DNA from: Leptolyngbyaceae cyanobacterium CSSed165cm_216
Lineage (GTDB): Bacteria; Cyanobacteriota; Cyanobacteriia; Phormidesmidales; Phormidesmidaceae
DNA: 32,927 nucleotides
NCBI GenBank assembly: GCA_007135385.1
Contig: SLIY01000466.1
Span: 1 to 32,927 of the forward strand
Direction of reading: 5' to 3'
The position numbers were made by a program, and so were the translations under genes. The notes below the pieces were generated by a model, which ran no database searches, had not been told where the DNA came from, and saw only the letters and a program-made list of their open reading frames with translations. Numbering within the stretch: position 1 is the first letter of the stretch; each line of letters starts with the position of its first letter. Shown one piece after another: positions 8,910-18,474 of the stretch.

Positions 8910-8932
8910 ACTGTAACGGCAGTCGTTACAGT
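8910..8932. promoter_or_regulatory. Palindromic putative transcription-factor site upstream of the lipoprotein-kinase pair
   Basis: ACTGTAACG-N5-CGTTACAGT, perfect 9-bp arms. Confidence 0.4.
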
Positions 8933-9240
8933 TGCGCATCGGTAGTTTGGCGGCGGTACCTGGGCATTTAGTGTATCAATCCATACCGCATGTCCGATAG
9001 ATCACCCCCAAGAACCGTCCCTGGCCATAACCGTACTTTATCTAGACACACGCTCCTATGGCGGATTTCACTCGGGTGAAGTACATTGTGGGGATCCCCC
9101 CTGCCCCCCTGATTGAGCGGGGTGCAAGCGCATAACTGAGATAGCTAGGTTGGGAGGATCCAAAACTCGGCTAACCATGCCAGAGGCCTGGCAGCTGATA
9201 CCCTCAGCACAGTTGGCCACATTTTTGCCAATCGGGACCA

Positions 9241-9263
9241 GGGGCACAACCCGGCTGCACCCC
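9241..9263 (-). terminator. GC-rich stem-loop downstream of gnd
   Basis: Minus strand GGGGTGCAGC-CGG-GTTGTGCCCC (G-U pairs favour this strand), 25 nt after the stop. No U-tract. Confidence 0.4.
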
Positions 9264-9288
9264 CGTCACCATTAGCCCTTGGTCTGAT

Positions 9289-10713
9289 CTAGACGCGGGC
9301 TGGCGCTTTGGTCCACTCGGTGTGGAAGGTGCCTTCCTTGTCGACCCGCTGGTAGGTGTGGGCCCCAAAGTAGTCCCGCTGGGCCTGGGTCAGGTTTTGC
9401 GGCAAGCGATCGCGGCGATAGCTATCAAAGTAGTCTAAGGACGCGCTAAAGGCGGGCACTGGAATCCCAAAGGTAGCCGCCATCGACACCACCTCGCGCC
9501 AGGCCACCTGACGATCCAAAATCGTATGCTTAAACTCTGGGGCCAGGAGCAGGTTGGCCAAACCCGGGTTTTCATCGTAGGCCTGCTTGATTTTGTTTAG
9601 GAACCCGGCTCGGATAATACAGCCTCCCTTCCAAATTCGAGCGGTTTCCCCTAGGTTAATGTCGTACTCATAGGTTTTAGACGCCGCACCAATTAACGCC
9701 ATGCCCTGGGCATAGGAGCAGATTTTAGAACAGTAGAGGGCGTCACGAATTTTGTTGATCATCCCTTTGACATCGTCATCAAACTTAGCCACCGGACCAC
9801 TCAACTGTTTGGAGGCGGCCACCCGTTCTGATTTGATCGATGACATGATCCGAGCGTTAACGGCGGCGGTGATCGTCGGGATACCGACCCCCAGTTCCAG
9901 GGCACTCATCACCGTCCAACGCCCCGTACCTTTTTGCCCGGCCGCATCCATGATCAGCTCCACCAGGGGGGTTTTGGTTTCGTCGTCAATGTTGGTGAAA
10001 ATATCCGCCGTGATCTCAATCAAAAAGGAGTTGAGTTCGTCGGTGAGGTTCCACTCGCTGAACACCTCAAACAGGCGATTATGATCGAGGCCTAAGATGT
10101 TCTTCATCAGGTCATAGGCTTCGGCAATCAGTTGCATATCGCCATATTCGATGCCGTTGTGCACCATTTTGACGTAGTGCCCAGCTCCCCGAGGCCCAAT
10201 GTAGGTAACGCAGGGGCCGTCATCCACCTGGGCGGCAATTTTTTTAACGATAGGCTCAATCGAGTCGTAGGCCGCACGGGTCCCCCCAGGCATCAGGCTG
10301 GGACCTAGCAGTGCCCCTTCTTCGCCGCCACTAACCCCCATACCAATAAAGCGCAAACCGGTAGATTCTAAATCTTTGGTGCGCCGCTCGGTATCTTCGT
10401 AGAGGGAGTTACCCCCATCCATGATCATGTCGCCGTCATCCAGTAGCGGGCGCAACTGATCAATCACCGCATCCACTGGGCTACCCGCCTTGACCATGAC
10501 TAAAATCCGGCGGGGGCGTTCTAGGGACTGAACAAACTCTTCAAGGCTGTAGGTGGCTTTCACATTTTTGCCTTGGGCCCGCTTTTCCATAAAGCGCTCG
10601 GTCACGGCAGCGGTACGGTTGTAGACCGCCACTGGAAAGCCCTTACTCTCAACATTCAGGGCTAGGTTCTCGCCCATAACGGCAAGGCCAATTACACCAA
10701 AACTTTGTGCCAT
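9289..10713 (-). CDS. gnd: NADP-dependent 6-phosphogluconate dehydrogenase, decarboxylating
   Basis: GLAVMGENLALN, GVSGGEEGA, VKMVHNGIEYGDMQ, GQKGTG, QAQRDYFGAHTY. Confidence 0.98.
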   Translation of the reverse strand: MAQSFGVIGLAVMGENLALNVESKGFPVAVYNRTAAVTERFMEKRAQGKNVKATYSLEEFVQSLERPRRILVMVKAGSPVDAVIDQLRPLLDDGDMIMDGGNSLYEDTERRTKDLESTGLRFIGMGVSGGEEGALLGPSLMPGGTRAAYDSIEPIVKKIAAQVDDGPCVTYIGPRGAGHYVKMVHNGIEYGDMQLIAEAYDLMKNILGLDHNRLFEVFSEWNLTDELNSFLIEITADIFTNIDDETKTPLVELIMDAAGQKGTGRWTVMSALELGVGIPTITAAVNARIMSSIKSERVAASKQLSGPVAKFDDDVKGMINKIRDALYCSKICSYAQGMALIGAASKTYEYDINLGETARIWKGGCIIRAGFLNKIKQAYDENPGLANLLLAPEFKHTILDRQVAWREVVSMAATFGIPVPAFSASLDYFDSYRRDRLPQNLTQAQRDYFGAHTYQRVDKEGTFHTEWTKAPARV

Positions 10714-11223
10714 ATCGTAATCTCTCGGTAACGGTTTGAGTGAAATCTATTGTGCGGATCTGTCTGCGGATCAGGGTTACGGCATCTGCGGACCAACTCG
10801 GGTGAACGGCCAAGGCAGCAAAACAAGACATGATCAAACGGACAACGACAGCACCCTGAACGGAATGCCGATTCAACGGAATCTGTCAACAAACAGAGTA
10901 AACAACTTTTTTGCAAAGGGGATGCTCCCAAAGGTTTTCTTTAGGCGATGCTGTTCTACGCCAAGAATTCCTGACTTAATCTGGAAGGCGACGGCTGATC
11001 TCCGTTGCCTCTGATGTTGTTCCAGGGGGGATTCTCTAAAGAATAAAGCAGGCTTTACCTAGCGTAGAGCTTAGGGAGCCATCTCAGCTGAGGCTATCAA
11101 CAGGGAGTCATGCCCCTCACTGGATGCCAGTGGGACCTAGGTGTGAAGTCTCCTAGTCCTTGGAACTGGCCATGGCCAGCTTTTTTGTGGGTATGGCCTT
11201 AGCGCATTGGTACAGTATGTTGA

Positions 11224-11288
11224 GAGCCCTGGGTTCTTGACTCGATCGACGACGAATGTTGGAGGCTCCCAGCCAGAATCCAGGACTC
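11224..11288. repeat. Inverted-repeat element with a 37-nt interior (…GGGTTCT-N37-AGAATCC… family)
   Basis: GAGCCCTGGGTTCT (11224-11237) / AGAATCCAGGACTC (11275-11288), 2 mismatches. Confidence 0.55.
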
Positions 11289-11317
11289 TGTACCGGCGTT
11301 CTAGGGGGTATTTAGGG

Positions 11318-11662
11318 CTAGGCTGGCCGGGTTTCAGCCAGTAGCCACCCCAGGTAGTCTGGTAACCCTTGCGTAATGGGCAAGGCAATGATTTCAGGCA
11401 AATCATAGGGATGACGTTGGCGAATCGCCGCCGACAGATCTTCAAACCGACTGAGGTCGGTTTTGATTAACAGTTGCCACTCCTGATCGATTTGCACCTC
11501 CCCCTGCCAACGGTAGATCGACTGCAGGGGCATGAGGCTAACACAGGCCGCCAACCGGGTTTCCACCAGGTAGCGCCCTAGATCTTGGGCTTCAGTCTCA
11601 GCTCCCACAGTTACCAAGACGACCCCCAGGGTTTGGGGGGCAAGGGTTTGGGGGTTATTCAT
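11318..11662 (-). CDS. cutA: Divalent-cation tolerance protein CutA (PII-like fold)
   Basis: 'LVETRLAACV', 'SIYRWQG', 'E.QLLIKT', 'HPYDLPEII'. Confidence 0.95.
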   Translation of the reverse strand: MNNPQTLAPQTLGVVLVTVGAETEAQDLGRYLVETRLAACVSLMPLQSIYRWQGEVQIDQEWQLLIKTDLSRFEDLSAAIRQRHPYDLPEIIALPITQGLPDYLGWLLAETRPA

Positions 11663-12594
11663 GAGAGCGACATTTGATCGACAAACTGGGATTGATCGAG
11701 GGTGGCCCGGGCAGGACGATGGGTCCAGCGGGTTTCGCCACAGACAGCCTCGTATAAATAGGCCCGGGCTTCCATCGGCAACACGGATTCCGTAAATTCA
11801 GTGCCATCCACCTGGGCCGCCTTCAGCGATACCTGACCCAGGTGAGCTCGGGTCAAGTCGGCCCGAGATAAATCCACCTCGTCTAAAACGCTATTCCACA
11901 GGACGGCTCCGGTCAAATTAGCACTATTCAAGTTAGCCCCGACCAGGCTACTATTCCGCAGGGTGGTCTGGGACAAATTAGCCGAACTGAGGTTGGCGTG
12001 GTCCAGCTTTACCCCGTTTAATTTAGCTTCTTTGAGGTTGATTCCAGCCAGGTCAAGACCTCGTAAATCTACCCCATTCAACCAGGTACCTTCTAAGTTG
12101 GCACCATCCAGGCGGGTTTGCTCTAAATCGGCCCCACTCAAGCGGGCCCCGGTCAAGTGAGCCCAAGACAGATCGGTGCCACACAAGTTGGTGCCCCGCA
12201 GGTTGGCCCCCCGCAGGTTGGCCCCCCGCAGGTTGGCCCCGGCTAGATTGGCCTGGCGCAGGTTAGCGTGGCATAAATCAGCGCCGCTTAATTGGGCTTG
12301 GTCTAAGTTGGCCTTGACTAAAAACGCCCCCCGCAGATTGGCCTTGGTCAGATCGGCCTGGGCTAGATTGGCCTCACTCATTTTGGCGAAGCTCAGGTTG
12401 GCATAGGTCAAGTTGGCCTGGGGCAAGCTTGACCGGGTCAAAAAGGAACGACTGAGCTGTGCCCCACTGAGGTTGGCGCGGCTTAAGTCAACCTCGACTA
12501 AGATGTGGTGGCTGAAGTCGGCCGTACTGAGGTGAATACCGGCAAAGTTACGGTAGCCAGCCTCGTATAACTCGAGAAAATATCTAATATGCAT
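11659..12594 (-). CDS. Pentapeptide repeat protein
   Basis: Long A(N/D)LxG-type repeats after 'LELYEAGYRNF'. ATG at 12594. ATGA overlap with the cutA start. Confidence 0.92.
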   Translation of the reverse strand: MHIRYFLELYEAGYRNFAGIHLSTADFSHHILVEVDLSRANLSGAQLSRSFLTRSSLPQANLTYANLSFAKMSEANLAQADLTKANLRGAFLVKANLDQAQLSGADLCHANLRQANLAGANLRGANLRGANLRGTNLCGTDLSWAHLTGARLSGADLEQTRLDGANLEGTWLNGVDLRGLDLAGINLKEAKLNGVKLDHANLSSANLSQTTLRNSSLVGANLNSANLTGAVLWNSVLDEVDLSRADLTRAHLGQVSLKAAQVDGTEFTESVLPMEARAYLYEAVCGETRWTHRPARATLDQSQFVDQMSLS

Positions 12595-13000
12595 GGCTTT
12601 ACGGTGGTGAGCCTGGGAAGAGTCAGGCTCACGGTGAGCAACTAAAGGCACGGCAGATTCCCAAATCAGGGCACAGGCAACAGCTTGGGCTTGGGGGCTC
12701 CAGGGGCTAATAAGGTTAATACAGGACGTAAAACACCTCAACAGACGATGGGCTTAGTATAGGTAATGAATTTGGCCTTGTTGGCAAAGCCGCAGCATCC
12801 GTAGTATTAACTGACCTAAACACACAAAAGCGAACATAAGTTTACGTTCTTGTTTCTTGTTAATAATTTCTTAATAAAGATATTTATCCAAGCCTGAAGC
12901 CCCTGAAGCCTTTGATTACAGGGTATTTGCTTTTAAACTGACTGTCTGCTTGTTTTGCGTTTGGTTGATAATTTAGTGAAAAACTTAGCATTGGTGAGTG

Positions 13001-13663
13001 ATGAAGCAAGTTAGTTTAATGGGCCTGTGGTTGGCATTTGTTGTGTATGCATTTATACTCGCTCCCCCCGATCAGGCCGATACCTTGGGATTGATTCAAC
13101 GACTGTCCACGGGGGACTGGCAGGAAATTAACCCAGCTATTGTGGCCCTATTTAATGCCATGGGCATCTGGCCAATGGTGTATGCGTCATTGGCGTTGGT
13201 AGATGGTCAGGGGCAAAAGCTACGGGCCTGGCCCTTTGTGGTAGCTTCGTTTGCTGTCGGGGCCTTTGCTTTGCTGCCCTATTTGGCCTTTCGGCAGCCT
13301 AACTCTGAATTTGCTGACCCTAAGTCTTCGCTGATCCGAGTGCTGGACTCGGCTTGGCTGGGGGCTGTGTTGTCCGCAGGGGCGATCGCCCTTTTCGGGT
13401 GGGCCCTGGTGCAGGGCGACTGGGCTGACTTTTGGCAGCAGTGGCAAACCAGCCGCTTTATTCATGTCATGAGCTTAGATTTTTGTGCCCTATGGCTATT
13501 GTTCCCAGCCCTGTTGTCGGATGATCTAGCTCGGCGCGGCCTCCATCAACGGTGGATTACCCCGGTGGTGCTGGCTCTGCCCCTGGTGGGAGCCTGCGGG
13601 TATTTGGCCCTGAGACCCGGGGTGGTAGCAGGGGAGTGGGAGAGTGATGGAGTGGGGAAGTGA
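13001..13663 (+). CDS. Multi-pass membrane protein, DUF2834-like
   Basis: About 6 hydrophobic helices. 'FNAMGIWP', 'GAFALLPYL', 'SRFIHVMSLDF' motifs recalled from this cyanobacterial/plant family. Confidence 0.75.
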   Translation: MKQVSLMGLWLAFVVYAFILAPPDQADTLGLIQRLSTGDWQEINPAIVALFNAMGIWPMVYASLALVDGQGQKLRAWPFVVASFAVGAFALLPYLAFRQPNSEFADPKSSLIRVLDSAWLGAVLSAGAIALFGWALVQGDWADFWQQWQTSRFIHVMSLDFCALWLLFPALLSDDLARRGLHQRWITPVVLALPLVGACGYLALRPGVVAGEWESDGVGK

Positions 13664-13714
13664 GAGAGGTGAGGAAGGTGGGGAGTCAGGAATATAAGCG
13701 TAATAACCACCCCA

Positions 13715-16075
13715 TCACCCCCCTTCCCGCAGCCGACTCAGAGCCCGCTGGACAGAAGCTAGCCCCTGGCGATCGCCCTGGGCTTTAAGATGATCGCTAG
13801 CCCGTTGCAGATCGGCGATCGCCCGATCGTGGTCCCCTTGGCTTTGGTAAATGGTGCTGCGGTAACAATAGGGTAGGGCAATCGGATCGCCACAGGCGAT
13901 GGCGTCGCTATAGTCGCGCACGGCGCCCTTCAGGTCTCCCAGCTTTTGCAGGGCACTGCCGCGATACCCATAGGCCATGGGTAGGTGGGGTTTCAGGGCG
14001 ATCGCCTGGGTAAAGTCCTGAATTGCCGCTGGGTAGCGCCGTTGTTCTAGACGCAGCCAGCCGCGGTTACAGTAAGCGGCAAACAGCTTGGGATTGTGCT
14101 CTAGGGCCTGGGTCAAGTCCAGTTCTGCCTGGTCGGCATGGTTGAGCTCTAAGTGGGCTGCCCCTCGGTTATTGAGGACGATGGCATGGTCGGGCTGTAG
14201 CTGCAACACATGGGTATAGTCGCTGATCGCCCCAGGTTGGTCTCGCAAGTCGTGGCGAGTAGTGCCCCGGTTAAATAGGGCAATTTTGTCCCCTGGGGTA
14301 ATGGCAGGGTTTTGAAACCGTTGAATCAACCCCTGCACCACTTGCGGATCAGCGGTGCGCAGCTTAGCGTCCACCTGGGGAAAGGGGATATTGGCGGTGG
14401 CTAAAGGCCTGAGGCTGACGATCGCGTAGGTGCGATCGCTGTCGGGGCCACTGTCGCACACCACATAGCTTTCGGCACTACCGATGATCTTAAACTTAAA
14501 GCGATCGGGATAGGTTTCCCGCAATGGCAGTAGCTTCCCCAGAGCGACCTTAAGTTGGCTGAGCAGGTTCGGCTCCAAATTCCAGCGTTGACTAATGCGC
14601 CAAATCAATCGCCCTTCCTCTAAAGTGGCCTGGTGGCACCAGCCAATGTCCACATGGCCACCCCGTTGGAGTAGGTGGACAAAACTGCTCAGCAGGTCAT
14701 CATCAATGTCCACCTGGTGAGCCCAGGGCCACACCAACAATAGTCGCTGTTGGGCCTGGGCGATCGCCTGCTCCAGCGCCTGGCGGCTAGCGGTGGTATT
14801 GGGGGTCGTTGCCCCATCAGGGTTGACGAAGTCCAAAATCCAACTGGGGTCTTGGGTCTGGCCATAGCGATTCTGGGAAGTTGAGGCTGACTGGCGTAGC
14901 CTGTTCAGTTCAGCCTCCGTCTGTCCCAGGCGTTGGGTGAGTTGAGCCATGGACTGACGACTTGCCATCCCCTGTTTCACCTGAGGCAGCACTTGAGCCC
15001 ATTGGTGGCCCAACCGCTGCTGCCGTTCGGCCAGGGACTGGGTGGCCCCCGCCAGTTTAGAGAGCTGAGCCTTCACCTGACCCAAATGCTGGGAGACAGC
15101 TTGCTGCACCTGCTCTTGGCAGTACCCAGTGGTTTCCTGGTGGCTAATGTGCTGCTGCAGGGCCTGCATAGTCAGCTTGAGTTGGCTTAGATCCTCAACT
15201 AAGTCTTTACCGGTATCCTTCGCGGCCCAATGGCTAGCGGACAGGTCACCGATCGTCCCTACCGGAATTTTGGTCAAGGCCCGCTCTAGATTGGTCTGCT
15301 GACGGGTTAGATCTCGAACGTGGTTAACCAGATTGGTGAATTCGGTTTGATCGACTAAGTGGCTGATCACTTTCATCACCTCACTGATCTCAGACCCCGT
15401 TGAGCCAGGGGCTGCCTTCTGGGACAGGTTTTGCAGCCGTTGCTCTAGCTGATGGACCGTGGCCTGCAGATGGACCACTAGGGTACGAGTTTCCGATCGC
15501 AGGGTTTCGCTGCCGATGCGGGCTTGCATCAAATCTGTTCTGACCTGCGACACTTCGCCTTCCAGAGCTTCTAACCGCGGCAACGTCGCCAACCGCTGCA
15601 TGGCGTTGGTCAGGTTTTTCACCCCCGCTTGGGCCTGGGCATATTGTTCTTGCAGGTGGCTAATCGCAGCTTGAATCTGACTCAGATCAGGGGCCAGTTC
15701 CTGCTGAATTTGGTCATCTACATAATGGTGCAGCTGGGTAATTTCGTTAGAAAACTGCATGAAAGCCCGGTTATTACGGGCCATCACCGATCGCTGGAAG
15801 TTGGTTAGGGCCTCTGGCGAAGGTAGGGCCGATACCTGTTGGCTGAGGTTTGTCAGACGGTGGCTTGTCTGTCGCTGTTGCCGGGCCAACTTCGCTTGGG
15901 CCTGATCAAGTTGTTGTTCTACCCGGTTGCGATTCAGTAATCCGATGGCTGCCATCACCGTTAAGGGGGCGGTGGCCAGGGCCGCATTTTGGGCCGCCAT
16001 TGAGGCCACGGCTCCCACCCCTGAACCAACGACCAGAGCCTGCTCTGCCCGTGTTAACCAATGGTTGTCTGCCAC
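13715..16075 (-). CDS. Large protein: N-terminal hydrophobic segment, long coiled coil, PLD-like alpha/beta domain, C-terminal TPR repeats
   Basis: Q/L-rich heptads over aa ~50-400. 'ALEQAIAQAQQRLLLVWPW...LLQRGGHVDIGW' resembles a PLD-fold N-half. About 5 TPRs (NRG...AIxDY/F). Confidence 0.8.
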   Translation of the reverse strand: MADNHWLTRAEQALVVGSGVGAVASMAAQNAALATAPLTVMAAIGLLNRNRVEQQLDQAQAKLARQQRQTSHRLTNLSQQVSALPSPEALTNFQRSVMARNNRAFMQFSNEITQLHHYVDDQIQQELAPDLSQIQAAISHLQEQYAQAQAGVKNLTNAMQRLATLPRLEALEGEVSQVRTDLMQARIGSETLRSETRTLVVHLQATVHQLEQRLQNLSQKAAPGSTGSEISEVMKVISHLVDQTEFTNLVNHVRDLTRQQTNLERALTKIPVGTIGDLSASHWAAKDTGKDLVEDLSQLKLTMQALQQHISHQETTGYCQEQVQQAVSQHLGQVKAQLSKLAGATQSLAERQQRLGHQWAQVLPQVKQGMASRQSMAQLTQRLGQTEAELNRLRQSASTSQNRYGQTQDPSWILDFVNPDGATTPNTTASRQALEQAIAQAQQRLLLVWPWAHQVDIDDDLLSSFVHLLQRGGHVDIGWCHQATLEEGRLIWRISQRWNLEPNLLSQLKVALGKLLPLRETYPDRFKFKIIGSAESYVVCDSGPDSDRTYAIVSLRPLATANIPFPQVDAKLRTADPQVVQGLIQRFQNPAITPGDKIALFNRGTTRHDLRDQPGAISDYTHVLQLQPDHAIVLNNRGAAHLELNHADQAELDLTQALEHNPKLFAAYCNRGWLRLEQRRYPAAIQDFTQAIALKPHLPMAYGYRGSALQKLGDLKGAVRDYSDAIACGDPIALPYCYRSTIYQSQGDHDRAIADLQRASDHLKAQGDRQGLASVQRALSRLREGG

Positions 16076-16259
16076 GATGATTACCCCTGATGTTGTCGAT
16101 GCTTAAGTCAGTAGGATGCGGCCGCAGAGAAGGGGGCATCTCGGGGCTTGACCGCGGGGCTTTACACTAGAACAGAAGAGGTATCTAGGTGAGGCTTACT
16201 TCTCTTTTCAGACCGCGATCGGGCCATCAGGGTATTTTTTAGACCCAGAATGCCAGGAC

Positions 16260-16327
16260 AGATCCCAGGGTTCTGCCCTGAGATGCCCCAAAACTCATCG
16301 CCTATGAGGCCAAGAACCCTGGGATCT
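16260..16327. repeat. Perfect 15-bp inverted repeat with a 38-nt interior
   Basis: AGATCCCAGGGTTCT (16260-16274) / AGAACCCTGGGATCT (16313-16327). Confidence 0.75.
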
Positions 16328-16452
16328 TGACCTATGGGACCGACGCCCTAGGCATTATTGAAATTTATCAATCGATCATAAAAAGCAAATCGATGAAAGC
16401 CTAATTTCCCTTTGCGTTTGCCCCCACGATTGGTTAAACTCGATTCAATATT

Positions 16453-16470
16453 GATAGGCTTAAGTCTATC
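16453..16470. promoter_or_regulatory. NdhR (CcmR) LysR-type binding site
   Basis: gATAG-GCTTAAGT-CTATc is an exact ATAG-N8-CTAT, in an AT-rich tract ~150 nt upstream of ndhF3, a known NdhR target operon. Confidence 0.75.
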
Positions 16471-16618
16471 TAATCTCGTTTTTGATTTACCTAAGTCAAT
16501 TTGTTGATGCGACACCAGAGCCAGGATGGGGTAGCCCCTGATTTTGTCTTGAAAGGCGTTGTGTCAACCTTGTCAACTGCTATTTTCGATGTTTCTTCTA
16601 CCTGAGGGTAGGTTGCCC

Positions 16619-18472
16619 ATGACACCAGTTCTGGCTCAAACCAGTTGGCTCATTCCCCTGTACCCATTGATCGGTGCATTGCTGACCATTCCTTGGTCTC
16701 CAGGGATGATTCGCCGCACTGGCCCCCGTCCGGCGGGCTACGTGAATATCGTCACCACGGCCCTGGCTTTGGGTCACAGTCTGTTGGCGTTTCTGGCCTT
16801 TTGGGGCAAGTCGTCTCCCCAGTTCTTTTTTGCCCCCTGGCTGCAAGTGTCGGGGCTGAATCTCACCATTCCCCTGGAAGCGTCGGCCATTACCCTGGGG
16901 GCCTGTGTGCTGATCACTGGTCTCAATCTGCTGGCCCAGAGTTATGCGGTGGGCTACTTAGAAATGGATTGGGGCTGGGGTCGCTTCTTCGCCATGATGG
17001 CTCTGTTTGAAGCGGGGCTGTGCGCCCTGGTGTTATGCAACTCTCTACTGTTTGCTTACATGCTGCTGGAGATTTTAACCCTGGGTACCTATCTGCTCGT
17101 GGGTTTTTGGTATAACCAGTCGCTGGTGGTGACCGGGGCACGGGACGCTTTTTTAACCAAACGGGTGGGCGACCTGGTGCTGCTGATGGGGGTCCTGGCC
17201 ATCTATCCCCTCACCCACACGTGGGACTTTCGGGAGCTGGCAGCTTGGGCCCAGACTGCTAACGTCGATCCTACCCTGATGGCGCTGATTGGCATTGGGC
17301 TAATTGCTGGCCCCATGAGTAAGTGTGCTCAGTTTCCCCTTCACCTGTGGCTGGATGAGGCCATGGAAGGGCCGCTGCCCAGTACCATTCTGCGGAACGC
17401 GGTAGTGGTGATCACTGGGGTATGGGTGCTGGTGAAGCTGGAGCCGGTGATTGCCCTGTCCTCAACAGCCAGTGCCTTTGCGATCGCGGTGGGAACGGTG
17501 ACGGCCATTGGTGCCACCCTGATCTCTGCCGCCCAGGTGGATATCAAGCGGGTGCTGTCTTATCTCAGTAGCGCCTATATGGGGCTGATGTTCATTGCGG
17601 TGGGGGCCCATCTACCTGGCCCAGCGCTGCTACTGGCCTTAGTCTACGCCCTGGCCATGGCGGTGCTCGTGATGGCATCTGGCTCTATCATTATCAATGT
17701 CATCACTCAAGATTTAACCCAGATGGGTGGCCTCTGGGGCCGTCGCCCAGTGACGGCCCTGGCGATGATCACTGGTGCTGCGGGCTTGGTGGCGTTGCCT
17801 CCCCTGGGCGGCTTTTGGGCCATGCTATCGCTGGTGTCGGGGCTATGGGAGAGCCAGCGGGGACTGTTGGTGGCGATCGTGCTACTAGTGAATTGGCTGG
17901 CGGCCTTTAGTCTGGCGCGCATGATTGGCCTGATTTTTGCTGGTCAGCCCCAACCCATGACCACCCGTGCCCCGGAACCCATCTGGCTGATGGTCCTACC
18001 GCTGACCATTGCCGGGGGCTTCGCCTTGCACCTTCCCCTAGTCATGGCCCAACTCAATTTGCTACCGATCTGGGCGGAGGTCAGCAAAGATATGGCCTTG
18101 CTGCTGACCTGGTCGAGCCTCCTAGGAGCGGCGGTGGGTACCTTGCTCTACATCAACCGAGTGGTCGAAGACCCGGCCAAGCTGGTGAAGAAACCCCTGC
18201 AAAACCTGTTGGCCTATGACTTCTATACCCCCAAGCTTTACCGCAATACGTTCGTCCTGGGGGTGGATTTACTCTCTCGTCTGACCGACTGGCTGGACCG
18301 CTACGTAGTTGATGGTCTGGTGAATGCGGTGGGCCTAGCCTCCCTGTTCAGCGGCGAAACCCTGAAGTACGGCAATACGGGTCAGCTCCAGTTCTACGTG
18401 CTCACCATTGCCCTGGGGGTGGCGGCCCTGGGGGTGCTGATGAACTGGTCGGCCCTGTCGGCCCTGTTTTAG
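16619..18472 (+). CDS. ndhF3: NAD(P)H-quinone oxidoreductase subunit F3 (CO2 uptake, NDH-1MS)
   Basis: 'RRTGPRPAGYVN', 'GYLEMDWGWGRFF', 'KCAQFPLHLWLDEAMEGP', 'YDFYTPKLY'. Clustered with ndhD3, cupA and cupS. Confidence 0.93.
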   Translation: MTPVLAQTSWLIPLYPLIGALLTIPWSPGMIRRTGPRPAGYVNIVTTALALGHSLLAFLAFWGKSSPQFFFAPWLQVSGLNLTIPLEASAITLGACVLITGLNLLAQSYAVGYLEMDWGWGRFFAMMALFEAGLCALVLCNSLLFAYMLLEILTLGTYLLVGFWYNQSLVVTGARDAFLTKRVGDLVLLMGVLAIYPLTHTWDFRELAAWAQTANVDPTLMALIGIGLIAGPMSKCAQFPLHLWLDEAMEGPLPSTILRNAVVVITGVWVLVKLEPVIALSSTASAFAIAVGTVTAIGATLISAAQVDIKRVLSYLSSAYMGLMFIAVGAHLPGPALLLALVYALAMAVLVMASGSIIINVITQDLTQMGGLWGRRPVTALAMITGAAGLVALPPLGGFWAMLSLVSGLWESQRGLLVAIVLLVNWLAAFSLARMIGLIFAGQPQPMTTRAPEPIWLMVLPLTIAGGFALHLPLVMAQLNLLPIWAEVSKDMALLLTWSSLLGAAVGTLLYINRVVEDPAKLVKKPLQNLLAYDFYTPKLYRNTFVLGVDLLSRLTDWLDRYVVDGLVNAVGLASLFSGETLKYGNTGQLQFYVLTIALGVAALGVLMNWSALSALF

Positions 18473-18474
18473 CA

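Noticed and set aside
8910-8932. NtcA site
   Set aside because: The spacing is GTA-N11-TAC, not GTA-N8-TAC.
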